The notes beneath the pieces are model-generated. The model was not told where the DNA came from and did no database searches. It worked only from the letters and a program-made list of their open reading frames with translations. This document shows, one piece after another, positions 30,329 to 38,987 of a stretch of 64,000 bases of DNA. The DNA is from Verrucomicrobiota bacterium. Its GTDB lineage: Bacteria; Verrucomicrobiota; Verrucomicrobiia; Opitutales; Seribacteraceae. The stretch's first letter is position 1, and every line of letters begins with the position of its first letter. The stretch spans positions 132,419 through 196,418 of the forward strand of contig JAQBYT010000005.1 in the NCBI GenBank assembly GCA_027622665.1. The letters are read 5' to 3'. The translations under genes and the position numbers were made by a program.

Positions 30329-31233
30329 AGCCTTTCGACCTGCAGGTAAACGGTTACGCAGGTACCGATTTCTGTTCTTCATCCCTTACGGGCGAGCAAC
30401 TCCACAACGCTTGCCGCGCCTTAGTCGAAGATGGTGTGGACGGCATCCTCGTCACCCTCATTACCGACGGCATTGAAAGTCTCGCTTCCAAGCTCGCCGA
30501 GATCGTTCGGCTTCGCGAGCAGGATGAATTGGCTCGCCGAGTCATTGCCGGTTTTCACGTCGAGGGACCTTTCCTTAATCCTTCCCCGGGTTTCATCGGG
30601 GCTCACGAGCCCTTGTGCGTACGTTCGGCGAATGTGGACGACGCCCAACGTCTCCTCGATGCCGGAGCCGGACTTGTGAAGCTCTTTACCCTTGCTCCCG
30701 AGCAGGATGCCGGCTCTGCCGTCACGCATTTCCTCGCGGGGCAAGGTGTCGTCGTGTCCGCCGGGCATTGCGATCCCACCCTCAACCAAATGAAGGCCGC
30801 CATCGACAATGGGTTGAGCATGGTCACCCACTTTGGCAACGGTTGCCCCGTGGAGCTTCCTCGCCACGACAATGTTCTCCAACGATATCTTTCCCTGCGA
30901 GAGCACCTGTGGTTTTGCTTTATTCCCGATGGAGCTCACGTTGATTTCATCGCCCTGAAAAACTATTTGGACTTCGTCGGCATCGATCGCTCGATCATGA
31001 CGACCGACGCCATATCCGCGGCCAAGCTCGGGCCCGGCTTGTACGAGATCTCCGGCATCTCCGTGGAGGTGGACGAGGCTGGCGTTGCTCGCCGACCCGG
31101 CTCGCCCAATCTTGCCGGTTCCACTATCACTATGCCCGGTGTTCGCCGAAACCTTTCGGAGAGCTTGGGGCTTGGCGAAGACGAGATCACCTCCCTCGTA
31201 GACCTTAATCCTCGAGCCGCTCTCCCGCTTTAA
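30325..31233 (+). CDS. nagA: N-acetylglucosamine-6-phosphate deacetylase family protein
   Basis: GTG overlaps the nagB stop; [49 protein letters not shown]. Confidence 0.8.
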   Translation: MKPFDLQVNGYAGTDFCSSSLTGEQLHNACRALVEDGVDGILVTLITDGIESLASKLAEIVRLREQDELARRVIAGFHVEGPFLNPSPGFIGAHEPLCVRSANVDDAQRLLDAGAGLVKLFTLAPEQDAGSAVTHFLAGQGVVVSAGHCDPTLNQMKAAIDNGLSMVTHFGNGCPVELPRHDNVLQRYLSLREHLWFCFIPDGAHVDFIALKNYLDFVGIDRSIMTTDAISAAKLGPGLYEISGISVEVDEAGVARRPGSPNLAGSTITMPGVRRNLSESLGLGEDEITSLVDLNPRAALPL

Positions 31234-31237
31234 TACA

Positions 31238-32305
31238 ATGTTTGTCTTCGATGTTCATCTCGATCTGAGTCTCAACGCTATCGAGTACAACCGCGACCTC
31301 CGGCGCAGCGCTCGTGAGATCCGCGAAATCGAGGCCGGTATGACCGACCTCAAGGGGCGCGGGCTCGGCACGGTCGCCTTTCCCGAAATGCGCGAGGCCG
31401 GCATCGGCTTATGCGTGGCCACCCAGTTGGCCGGCTGCATGAAGCCCGCGGGTCCCGTAGGCAGTTGGAACTCTCCCGAGCAGGCCCATGCCATGACTCA
31501 GGCACAACTAGCGTGGTATCGTGCCATGGAGGATGTTGGCGAGTTGCGACAGGTTCGCGATTGGCCGGAGATGGAAGCCCATTTGGAAGCATGGCATGCC
31601 GATCCCGCTCATGCTCCCATCGGCTATCTACTGAGCCTGGAGGGAGCCGACTCTCTTCGCACCCTTGCCGATCTGGAAAGCTCATGGAAGCAAGGTCTTC
31701 GGGCGTTGGGGCCTGCCCACTACGGCAAGGGTCGATACGCCCTCGGCCACGATCAAGAAGGTCCTCTATCCGAGCAAGGTCGAGAGCTCTTGCGAGAGAT
31801 GGACAGGTTAGGCCTGATCCTCGACGCTACCCACCTTTGCGACCAAACCTTTTGGCAAGCCATCGACCTCTTTCAAGGTCCCGTCTGGGCGAGCCACCAC
31901 AATTGTCGGGCTCTTGTCGATGATCCGCGCCAGCTCGCCGACGAGCAAATCAAGGCGCTGGCCGATCGTGGCGCCGTCATCGGGATCGCCTTCGACGTCT
32001 GGATGGTTGTTCCCGGCTGGGAGCGGGGCGTCACCACCCATGCCGACAAGCCCGAGGCCAACCTCGAGGCGCTGGCCGATCACGTCGATCACTACTGCCA
32101 ACTACTCGGCACGTCCGCCAACGTCGGGATCGGCACCGACCTCGACGGCGGTTACGGCTCCGAGCAAACCCCTGCCGGGCTGGATTTCATATCCGACCTC
32201 CGCGATTTCCGGGCTACGCTTGAGCGACGCGGCTACAGCCATGACGACCTCGAGGGCATCTTCCACAAAAACTTCCTCGATTTCCTCAAAAAGGCTTGGA
32301 CTTGA
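31238..32305 (+). CDS. Membrane dipeptidase family M19 amidohydrolase
   Basis: FDVHLDL, LSLEGAD, ILDATHL, WASHHNCRAL, VGIGTDLDGG. Confidence 0.9.
   Translation: MFVFDVHLDLSLNAIEYNRDLRRSAREIREIEAGMTDLKGRGLGTVAFPEMREAGIGLCVATQLAGCMKPAGPVGSWNSPEQAHAMTQAQLAWYRAMEDVGELRQVRDWPEMEAHLEAWHADPAHAPIGYLLSLEGADSLRTLADLESSWKQGLRALGPAHYGKGRYALGHDQEGPLSEQGRELLREMDRLGLILDATHLCDQTFWQAIDLFQGPVWASHHNCRALVDDPRQLADEQIKALADRGAVIGIAFDVWMVVPGWERGVTTHADKPEANLEALADHVDHYCQLLGTSANVGIGTDLDGGYGSEQTPAGLDFISDLRDFRATLERRGYSHDDLEGIFHKNFLDFLKKAWT
32192..32305 (+). repeat. 114-bp direct repeat, copy 1 (3' end of the dipeptidase gene including its stop)
   Basis: TCCGACCTCCGCGATTTCC...AAGGCTTGGACTTGA; identical to 32828-32941 except one C/T. 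Confidence 0.97.
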
Positions 32306-32357
32306 TCGGTAGCCGAGCTTGACAGTTTCCGAAGTCAGGTGAAGTTTTAGCTTCCGG

Positions 32358-32618
32358 ATGACATCGTCGAAGAAAACCTTTTTCAAAATTCCGGGTGGAC
32401 GTTCGGACGCTAATCTGCCCTTTGCCGACTTGATCGCATTGGTGAAGAGGTTGGGATTCGACTTGCGAACCAAAGGATCCCATCACATTTTCAGTAAGGA
32501 CGGTGTTCGAGAAATACTTAATTTACAATCGAAAGACGGAATGGCTAAACCTTACCAAGTGAAGCAAGTTCGCAATGTCATTTTAAGATACAAGTTGGGA
32601 GATTACGACGATGCATAA
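32358..32618 (+). CDS. hicA: HicA-family toxin
   Basis: SDANLPFADLIALVKRLGFDLRTKGSHHIFSKDGVREILNLQSKDGMAKPYQVKQVR. Confidence 0.88.
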   Translation: MTSSKKTFFKIPGGRSDANLPFADLIALVKRLGFDLRTKGSHHIFSKDGVREILNLQSKDGMAKPYQVKQVRNVILRYKLGDYDDA

Positions 32619-32820
32619 ATATGAAATCATTACCTACTGGAGCGAAGAGGACGGATCTTTCATTGCGGAAGTACCTGAACTTGCCGGATGCATGGCGGAT
32701 GGATCCAGTCATGAGGAGGCTGTGCGCAACGCCCATCGCGTTATCGACGAATGGATTGCTACGGCCAAGGAACTCGGTCGCGACATACCTGAGCCCAAAG
32801 GTCGTTTGACCTTCGCGTAG
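32611..32820 (+). CDS. hicB: HicB-family antitoxin
   Basis: YEIITYWSEEDGSFIAEVPELAGCMADGSSHEEAVRNA...ELGRDIPEPKGRL. Confidence 0.9.
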   Translation: MHKYEIITYWSEEDGSFIAEVPELAGCMADGSSHEEAVRNAHRVIDEWIATAKELGRDIPEPKGRLTFA

Positions 32821-32827
32821 CCAAGTT

Positions 32828-32941
32828 TCCGACCTCCGCGATTTCCGGGCTACGCTTGAGCGACGCGGCTACAGCCATGACGACCTCGAGGGCATCTTCC
32901 ATAAAAACTTCCTCGATTTCCTCAAAAAGGCTTGGACTTGA
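32828..32941 (+). repeat. 114-bp direct repeat, copy 2
   Basis: Duplicate of 32192-32305, with CAT in place of CAC. Confidence 0.97.
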
Positions 32942-32971
32942 AGCGTTGGTGGGGCAAACCTGTTTCCCCTC

Positions 32972-33985
32972 ATGAAGCCATCCCCTCTTTTTAATATTCT
33001 CTTCCTTGCCACCTTCTTCGTTCTCGCCGCCGTTTTGAACGGGGCCGACTTCGCCATTGAGAAAACCAAAGGGGAGGGCCTTCGCATCTTCCACAAGGGC
33101 AAGCCGTTCGCCGAGTACGTCGTGGATCAGGGGAACAAGCCCTATCTCTATCCCGTCCATGGGCCCACCGGCGCAGCCATGACTCGGAACTATCCCATGA
33201 AGACGATCGAGGGCGAACGTCATGACCACCCGCACCATCGCGGCATCAACTTCGGACACGAAGACATCGGTGGTGCCGACTCCTGGTCCGAGCAACTTAC
33301 CTGGGACGAACTTGGCAAGAATCCCAAGCGAGCCAAGCTGGTCGCTGATCGGGTCAAGGCTCTCGGCAGCATCAAGCATCGTTCCTACGAAAAGCTTGTG
33401 GCCATCGACGAGCATGCCCTCGTGGTCGAGCTTTGCGATTATCTGGACGCCTCCGGCAAGAAAGTGATTTCCGAGGAGCGCCGCATGACCTTCCGGGTCG
33501 GCAAGGACGTCCGCTCCATCGACTTCGATCAATATCTTGTCGCGAGCGAAGGTCTCGTCGCCTTTGCCGACAAGAAGGACGCCGGTCTATCCATTCGAGT
33601 GCCTTCGAGCATGGACGTTACCGCCAAGCTAGGCGGAACCATCGTCAACAGCAGGGGCGATCGCGACAAGGCCGCATGGAGCAAGAAGGCCGAGTGGTGC
33701 GACTACAACGGACCCGTGGGCGAAGAACGTCTCGGCGTGGCCATCCTCAACCACCCGTCCAGTTTTAGGCATCCCACCGGCTGGCACGTTAGGACCTACG
33801 GTCTCTTTACCGCGAATCCCTTTGCTTCCAAGCAGTTCGACAAAAACGCTCCCGACGCCCACTTCGAGCTCAAGGCCGGCACCGGCATCAAGCTTCACCA
33901 TCGAATCCTTTTTCACAAGGGAGACGAGAAACAGGCAAAGGTCGCCGAGGCCTTCGAGGCCTATGCCAAGGAATCCAAGAAGTGA
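32972..33985 (+). CDS. PmoA-like/DUF6807 family exported protein
   Basis: Signal peptide; KPYLYPVHGPTG...TRNYPM...DHPHHRGINFGH; AEWCDYNG; NHPSSFRHPTGWHVRTYGLFTANPF. Confidence 0.8.
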   Translation: MKPSPLFNILFLATFFVLAAVLNGADFAIEKTKGEGLRIFHKGKPFAEYVVDQGNKPYLYPVHGPTGAAMTRNYPMKTIEGERHDHPHHRGINFGHEDIGGADSWSEQLTWDELGKNPKRAKLVADRVKALGSIKHRSYEKLVAIDEHALVVELCDYLDASGKKVISEERRMTFRVGKDVRSIDFDQYLVASEGLVAFADKKDAGLSIRVPSSMDVTAKLGGTIVNSRGDRDKAAWSKKAEWCDYNGPVGEERLGVAILNHPSSFRHPTGWHVRTYGLFTANPFASKQFDKNAPDAHFELKAGTGIKLHHRILFHKGDEKQAKVAEAFEAYAKESKK

Positions 33986-36900
33986 GAAAAGCGGTCTCTT
34001 TTCTTGCCCTCTCATTCCTCTGTGGAGTCCACGCCGAGGCGGGTGAGCCCAGTGTTTGTCGTTGGACTTACGTTCCTCCCGTAATCGACGGCAAGGGCGA
34101 CGATCCCGCTTGGAAGAATGCCGCGAGCGTGGGTCCCTTTCGGCGGGCGTGGGACAAGGACCCCGCCAAGCGCAAGCCACTCACCGCGACCGCCGCCAAG
34201 CTCTGTTGGGACCGGGACAACCTGTACTTTTTCGCCCGAATGGAGGACCATGACCTTTTTGCGGAGAAGACCGAGCACGACGCCGACCTTTGGCTCGACG
34301 ACGTTTTCGAGCTCTTCTTCAAGCCATCCGAGGGCTTTCCCGGTTACTACGAGTTCGAGTTCAACCCTCGCAATGCCGTCTTGGATGTTTACTTCCCTCA
34401 ACGCGGTATCGGTGAACTTCGCCGCCTCAAGAGCAACTTCCCTTTTCACCTCGAGACGGCGGTAAATCTTGAAGGTAGCCTTAACGAAAGTACGGACAAG
34501 GACAGGGGCTGGTCCGTCGAGGGAAAAATCCCGTGGCGTGACTTCATTCGTGGAGGCGGTCGACCACATGCCGGAGATATTTGGAAGTACGCTGCCTGCC
34601 GTTACGATTACTCGGTCGACTTCGAAGGCCCCAATCTCTCTTCCAACGCACCCTTGAAGCACCTTAGTTTTCACCGCTACGAGGACTACCTCCCCTTGCT
34701 TTTCGAGGGTCCGCAGGGCGATCATCCCGACAGGGCCTTTGGTCTCACTTCACTTCCGCCCGTCACAGGTCTCAAGGTGAAGGGGCGTCCGGGCAAGCCT
34801 TCGCCCTATGAGCCGCAAAACGCCTATCCGAAATTGGAGGGTTTGAGCATGCCCATATCGGTCGTTGCCATCCCCAACGCCAACGTTCTCCTGGCCATCA
34901 CGCAGGACAGGGCGTACGGCAACACCCGGATCATTCGTTTTGAGGACAAACCCGAGGTCGAGTCCGTCCAGGCTGTCCTGACCCAAAAGGGCACGGCCTA
35001 CGATTTCGCCTTCCATCCGCGCTTCGCCGAGAACGGTTACCTCTTCATCGGTTGGAACGACGGCAATAACACTCGAGTCTCTCGCTTTCGTCTCGACCCT
35101 TCCACCCACGGCATCGATCCCGATTCCGAGGTCGTCTTTCTCACCTGGGACGGCAACGGGCACAACGGCGCCGCCATCGACTTCGGGCCCGATGGTTTTC
35201 TCTACGTCACCACGGGAGACGGTTCCACCGATTCCGACGTCCGCCTCAATGGACAGCGCACAGACGGTCTGCATGCCAAGCTTCTTCGCATAGACGTGGA
35301 CAAGCCCGCCGACGGCAAACTTTACTCCGTGCCCGCCGACAACCCCTTCGTCGGCCAAGCCGGTTTCGCCCCCGAGACTTGGGCCTACGGGTTCCGTAAC
35401 CCGTGGCGCATAGACGTCGACGAGGTCACCGGTCACGTCTGGGTGGGCAACAATGGCCAGGATCTCTGGGAGCAGGTCTACTTCGTGACCAAGGGGGCCA
35501 ACTACGGTTGGAGCGTCTTCGAGGGCAGTCGTCCCTTTTACGCCGATCGCAAGCTCGGCCCGACCCCCGTGAGCAAGCCGATTTTCGAGCATTCGCATGC
35601 CGAGTCCCGATCCCTGACAGGCGGGATCGTCTATCGAGGCAAAGCTCTCCCGAAGCTTAATGGCAGTTACCTTTACGGTGATTACTTAACGGGCAAGATT
35701 TGGGCTGCGAGCCACGACGGGAAAAAAGCGACCATCCCGATCGAATTGGCCGACACCTCGCTCAAGATCACCGACTTCAATCTGGATTCGCGTGGCGAAC
35801 TCCTCGTGCTCGATCACGGCGAGAGCAAGCTGGGAGGCTCCATCCAACGTCTCGTTCCCACGCCCCCCGAGGTCAAGGAAAACGCGTTCCCGAAAACCCT
35901 GTCCGCCACCGGTCTGTTCTCCGACCTGTCCAAGCGCGTACTCGCTCCCGGAGTCTTGGCCTATTCGGTGAACGCCGAGCAATGGGCCGACGGAGCCGGG
36001 CAGAGTAGGGCGCTTGCCCTGCCTGCCTTCCCCGACGAAACCGGCGAGCTTTCCACCTTGCCCGTAGGGTTTCGTAACCGAGGCGTCTGGGAATTGCCCG
36101 AGGGCACCGTTCTCCTCAAGACGCTTTCCTATCCCGCGCCTGCCGGAGAACGTCCCGTGGAAACCCAGTTGCTCACCTTGCAGGGCGGCGACTGGGCAGC
36201 CTACGTATACAAGTGGAACGATTCCGGAACCGATGCCGACCTCGTCGGCGAAAGCGGCGAGGAGGTCACCCTGTCCCTTGCCTCTCCGGGCGGCATTCGC
36301 AAGCAAGCGTGGCGCCACGCCAGTCGGGCCGAGTGCATGTTCTGCCACTCTCGGGCCGCCGGGTTCGCTCTCGGCATGAACACCCTCCAAATGAATCGCG
36401 ACCATCCCTATCCGCAGTCTGTCGACAACCAGTTGCGCGTCCTCGATCGTCTCGGTCTCCTGAGCGACGACTGGTCCGGCGAAACCCGAAACACCCTCCG
36501 CAACGAGCTCTTGCAAAAGGAAGACCACGAGCGCCGCCAATTACCAGAGGTTCTGGATGGCGTGAAAGACCGCGTAAAAGAGCTCTTCGGCGGTGATCGT
36601 CCCTATCCGCACGCTCGTTCGGATCGGCTGGTTCGCACACCTTCTTCCCCCGCCTATGCCCGCCAAGCAGACCCTCTCGACGAAACCATGCCGCTCGACG
36701 CCCGGGCCCGTTCCTACCTTCAGGCCAACTGCGCCAACTGCCACGTGGGCGCAGGCGGGGGCAACGCCATGATCAACCTCTCCCACGCCGTCGAGCCCGA
36801 CAAGCGGGAACTCTTCGACCTCAAGCCCAAGCACCTCGACTTCGGCATCCGCGACGCCCGCCTTGTTGCTCGCGGCAAGCCCGATCGCTCCGTCCTGCTC

Positions 36901-37011
36901 CACCGCATGACAATCGTCGGCCCCGGCCAAATGCCCGTGATCGGTCGCAAGACCGTGGACGAATTCGGGGCCGACCTAATCCGCCGATGGATAGCCGAAA
37001 TGAAACCCTAG
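33982..37011 (+). CDS. CBM9-like + PQQ-dependent sugar dehydrogenase (GSDH beta-propeller) + di-heme cytochrome c fusion
   Basis: PVIDGKGDDPAW...LCWDRDNLYF...DDVFELFF (CBM9-like); HNGAAIDFGPDGFLYVTTGDG, WAYGFRNPWR, GANYGW; heme motifs CMFCH and CANCH. Confidence 0.85.
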   Translation: MRKAVSFLALSFLCGVHAEAGEPSVCRWTYVPPVIDGKGDDPAWKNAASVGPFRRAWDKDPAKRKPLTATAAKLCWDRDNLYFFARMEDHDLFAEKTEHDADLWLDDVFELFFKPSEGFPGYYEFEFNPRNAVLDVYFPQRGIGELRRLKSNFPFHLETAVNLEGSLNESTDKDRGWSVEGKIPWRDFIRGGGRPHAGDIWKYAACRYDYSVDFEGPNLSSNAPLKHLSFHRYEDYLPLLFEGPQGDHPDRAFGLTSLPPVTGLKVKGRPGKPSPYEPQNAYPKLEGLSMPISVVAIPNANVLLAITQDRAYGNTRIIRFEDKPEVESVQAVLTQKGTAYDFAFHPRFAENGYLFIGWNDGNNTRVSRFRLDPSTHGIDPDSEVVFLTWDGNGHNGAAIDFGPDGFLYVTTGDGSTDSDVRLNGQRTDGLHAKLLRIDVDKPADGKLYSVPADNPFVGQAGFAPETWAYGFRNPWRIDVDEVTGHVWVGNNGQDLWEQVYFVTKGANYGWSVFEGSRPFYADRKLGPTPVSKPIFEHSHAESRSLTGGIVYRGKALPKLNGSYLYGDYLTGKIWAASHDGKKATIPIELADTSLKITDFNLDSRGELLVLDHGESKLGGSIQRLVPTPPEVKENAFPKTLSATGLFSDLSKRVLAPGVLAYSVNAEQWADGAGQSRALALPAFPDETGELSTLPVGFRNRGVWELPEGTVLLKTLSYPAPAGERPVETQLLTLQGGDWAAYVYKWNDSGTDADLVGESGEEVTLSLASPGGIRKQAWRHASRAECMFCHSRAAGFALGMNTLQMNRDHPYPQSVDNQLRVLDRLGLLSDDWSGETRNTLRNELLQKEDHERRQLPEVLDGVKDRVKELFGGDRPYPHARSDRLVRTPSSPAYARQADPLDETMPLDARARSYLQANCANCHVGAGGGNAMINLSHAVEPDKRELFDLKPKHLDFGIRDARLVARGKPDRSVLLHRMTIVGPGQMPVIGRKTVDEFGADLIRRWIAEMKP

Positions 37012-37058
37012 CGAAGCAGACTCTTTCGCCTCCTAAAGTAAAAAATTCCCCCCGCATT

Positions 37059-37382
37059 GTCATTGCGAGGAGGGGCGCAGCCCCGACGCGGCAATCCAGC
37101 GGAACCACGGGCAGCGCCCACCACGATCCTGACTGGATTGCCGCGCCCCGAAGGGCTCGCAATGACAAAAAGGGGGCAGCGCGTGGCTTATCACCTAAAC
37201 GAACTCCAATCGTAATAGTTCCCAATTCCGAACACACTCCCTTTGCCCCCCAGTCACCACACACACCCTGTCATTGCGAGGAGCGTGAGCGACGCGGCAA
37301 TCCAGCGGAACCATGGGCAACGCCCACCACGACTAAGACTGGATTTCCGCGTCGGCCTCTGCGAGAGCCTCCTCGCAAGGAC
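37059..37382 (+). repeat. GTCATTGCGAG-type repeat cluster 2 (two full elements: 37059-37166 and 37270-37382)
   Basis: Left arms GTCATTGCGAG..CGCGGCAATCCAG; right arms CTGGATTKCCGCG..CTCGCAAKGAC; conserved internal linker. Confidence 0.95.
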
Positions 37383-37420
37383 AAGGAAAAGCGAAAGGAG
37401 TAGGATTTTAAACCCGTGCC

Positions 37421-37456
37421 TTGACTTCCTTATGTATATTGCCTAGATATACAATA
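37421..37456 (+). promoter_or_regulatory. brnTA promoter/operator
   Basis: TTGACT at 37421; inverted repeat TGTATAT-N7-ATATACA (37433-37453) immediately before the ATG at 37457. Confidence 0.6.
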
Positions 37457-37759
37457 ATGATCGAAGACATTACTGGTTTCGATTGGGACGAGGCCAACCT
37501 TCTGAAGAATTGGGAGAAGCATGGCGTCACTCACTTGGAGGCCGAACAGGTCTTTTTCAATCAGCCCATCTTGTTGTTTGATGACGGAAAGCATTCCGAA
37601 CGCGAACCGAGGTGGTACGTCTTGGGGCGGACGGATGCCAATCGCTCCTTATTCGTTGTCTTTACCGCAAGAGAATCAAAAATCCGGGTCATCTCGTCCC
37701 GGGACATGAGTCGAAAGGAAATAAACATTTATGAAAAAGAAAAACAAAAGCTTTCCTGA
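37457..37759 (+). CDS. brnT: BrnT-family toxin
   Basis: GFDWDEANLLKNWEKHGV...EAEQVF...HSEREPRWYVLGRT...IRVISSRDMSRKE. Confidence 0.9.
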   Translation: MIEDITGFDWDEANLLKNWEKHGVTHLEAEQVFFNQPILLFDDGKHSEREPRWYVLGRTDANRSLFVVFTARESKIRVISSRDMSRKEINIYEKEKQKLS

Positions 37760-38015
37760 GTTTAAGTCGGAGGAAGAGGAACGAGCCTTCTGGGCTCAGA
37801 ACGATTCAGTCGGATTGATTGATTGGGAGTCCGCTCAACAGGCGACTTTCCCCGCCCTCAAGCCTAGCCTCAAGTCCATCTCCATCCGCTTGCCCGAGAG
37901 CATGATCGACCAGCTCAAGGTGATGGCCAACAAGCGGGACGTTCCCTACCAGTCCCTCGTCAAGACCTTCCTCTCCCAAAAAATCAGTGAGGAACTCTCA
38001 GTCGGCGCGTCGTAA
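37731..38015 (+). CDS. brnA: BrnA/CopG-family antitoxin
   Basis: PEFKSEEEERAFWAQNDS...KSISIRLPESMIDQLKVMANKRDVPYQSLVK. Confidence 0.88.
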   Translation: MKKKNKSFPEFKSEEEERAFWAQNDSVGLIDWESAQQATFPALKPSLKSISIRLPESMIDQLKVMANKRDVPYQSLVKTFLSQKISEELSVGAS

Positions 38016-38045
38016 GTCTTGCCTCCCTTTTGCACCACTCACCCT

Positions 38046-38369
38046 GTCATTGCGAGGAGCGTGAGCGACGCGGCAATTCAGCGGAAGCATAGGGCAGCGC
38101 CCACCACGACTCGGACTGGATTGCCGCGTCGGCCTCTGCGAAGGCCTCCTCGCAATGACAACGAGGAAAAACGAAAGGCATGGATTGATGGCGTAGTTGC
38201 TACCGCTCCGGTTTCCTATTCCGTCCACACACTCTTTGGGTCTCCAGTACCCCAACTCACCTTGTCATTGCGAGGATGGGCACAGCCCCGACGCGGCAAT
38301 CCAGCGGAAGCATGGGCAGCGCTTGCTACGATCCATCTGGATTGCCGCGCCCCAAGGGCTCGCAATGAC
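38046..38369 (+). repeat. GTCATTGCGAG-type repeat cluster 3 (two full elements: 38046-38159 and 38264-38369)
   Basis: Same arms and linker as cluster 2; the inter-element spacer of about 100 bp is shared with 49528-49627. Confidence 0.95.
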
Positions 38370-38426
38370 AAAAGGGAGAGGCGAGCATTGTCGAAAAGCG
38401 GCGACTGAAATCCAACAAGCCTGAGT

Positions 38427-38461
38427 TTGACTTTTTGGAGTTGTCGGAACATCCTTTGGGT
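38427..38461 (+). promoter_or_regulatory. Putative leaderless promoter of the orphan hicB
   Basis: TTGACT-N17-CATCCT, then 6 nt to the ATG at 38462; no Shine-Dalgarno sequence. Confidence 0.45.
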
Positions 38462-38632
38462 ATGGTTTTTAAAGCGATTGTACGACCCGCTGAAGAAGGA
38501 GGCTTTTGGGGTGAGGTGCCTGCCTTGCCCGGCTGCGTTAGCCAAGGCGAGACTCAGGAAGAATTGCTGGAAAACCTCAAGGAATCCGCCATAGGTTGGC
38601 TCGAGGCATCTCAGGACGAAGACGAACTTTGA
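38462..38632 (+). CDS. hicB: Orphan HicB-family antitoxin
   Basis: FKAIVRPAEEGGFWGEVPALPGCVSQGETQEELLENLKESAIGWL; no adjacent hicA. Confidence 0.85.
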   Translation: MVFKAIVRPAEEGGFWGEVPALPGCVSQGETQEELLENLKESAIGWLEASQDEDEL

Positions 38633-38683
38633 CCTAGTTTCTTGTAAGGTATTCTACCTTCCCTCTCACCCTATATGCACTCT

Positions 38684-38801
38684 GTCATTGCGAGTAGGGG
38701 CATAGCCCCGACGCGGCAATCCAGCGGAAGCATAGGCAGCGCTTACAACGACCCGGACTGGATTGCCGCGTCGGCCTCTGCGAGAGCCTTCTCGCAATGA
38801 C
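38684..38801 (+). repeat. GTCATTGCGAG-type repeat cluster 4 (one full element)
   Basis: GTCATTGCGAG at 38684 and CTCGCAATGAC at 38791. Confidence 0.95.
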
Positions 38802-38987
38802 AACACGGGGGGCGAATGGGCATGGAGTCCCGCGACTGAAGGTTTTGCAAGGGCAGAACAATTCGGTTGTTTCCAAAGATATCCGCCGAAGCTTTACCTT
38901 GTGTGACTTTTGTAATTACATGAGATTTATAATCCCCTCATCTTTATTCCTATCCCCTTTTAGATCAAACCCACAACTCCTTCAGTT

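Noticed and set aside
32319..32357. Canonical sigma70 promoter for hicAB from TTGACA at 32319
   Set aside because: The best -10-like hexamer (TAGCTT at 32348) is 23 nt away, so the promoter cannot be assigned confidently.
37059..38801. CRISPR array interpretation of the repeats
   Set aside because: The units are about 110-bp inverted-arm elements with conserved rather than unique linkers, irregular spacing and whole genes between them; no cas genes are present.
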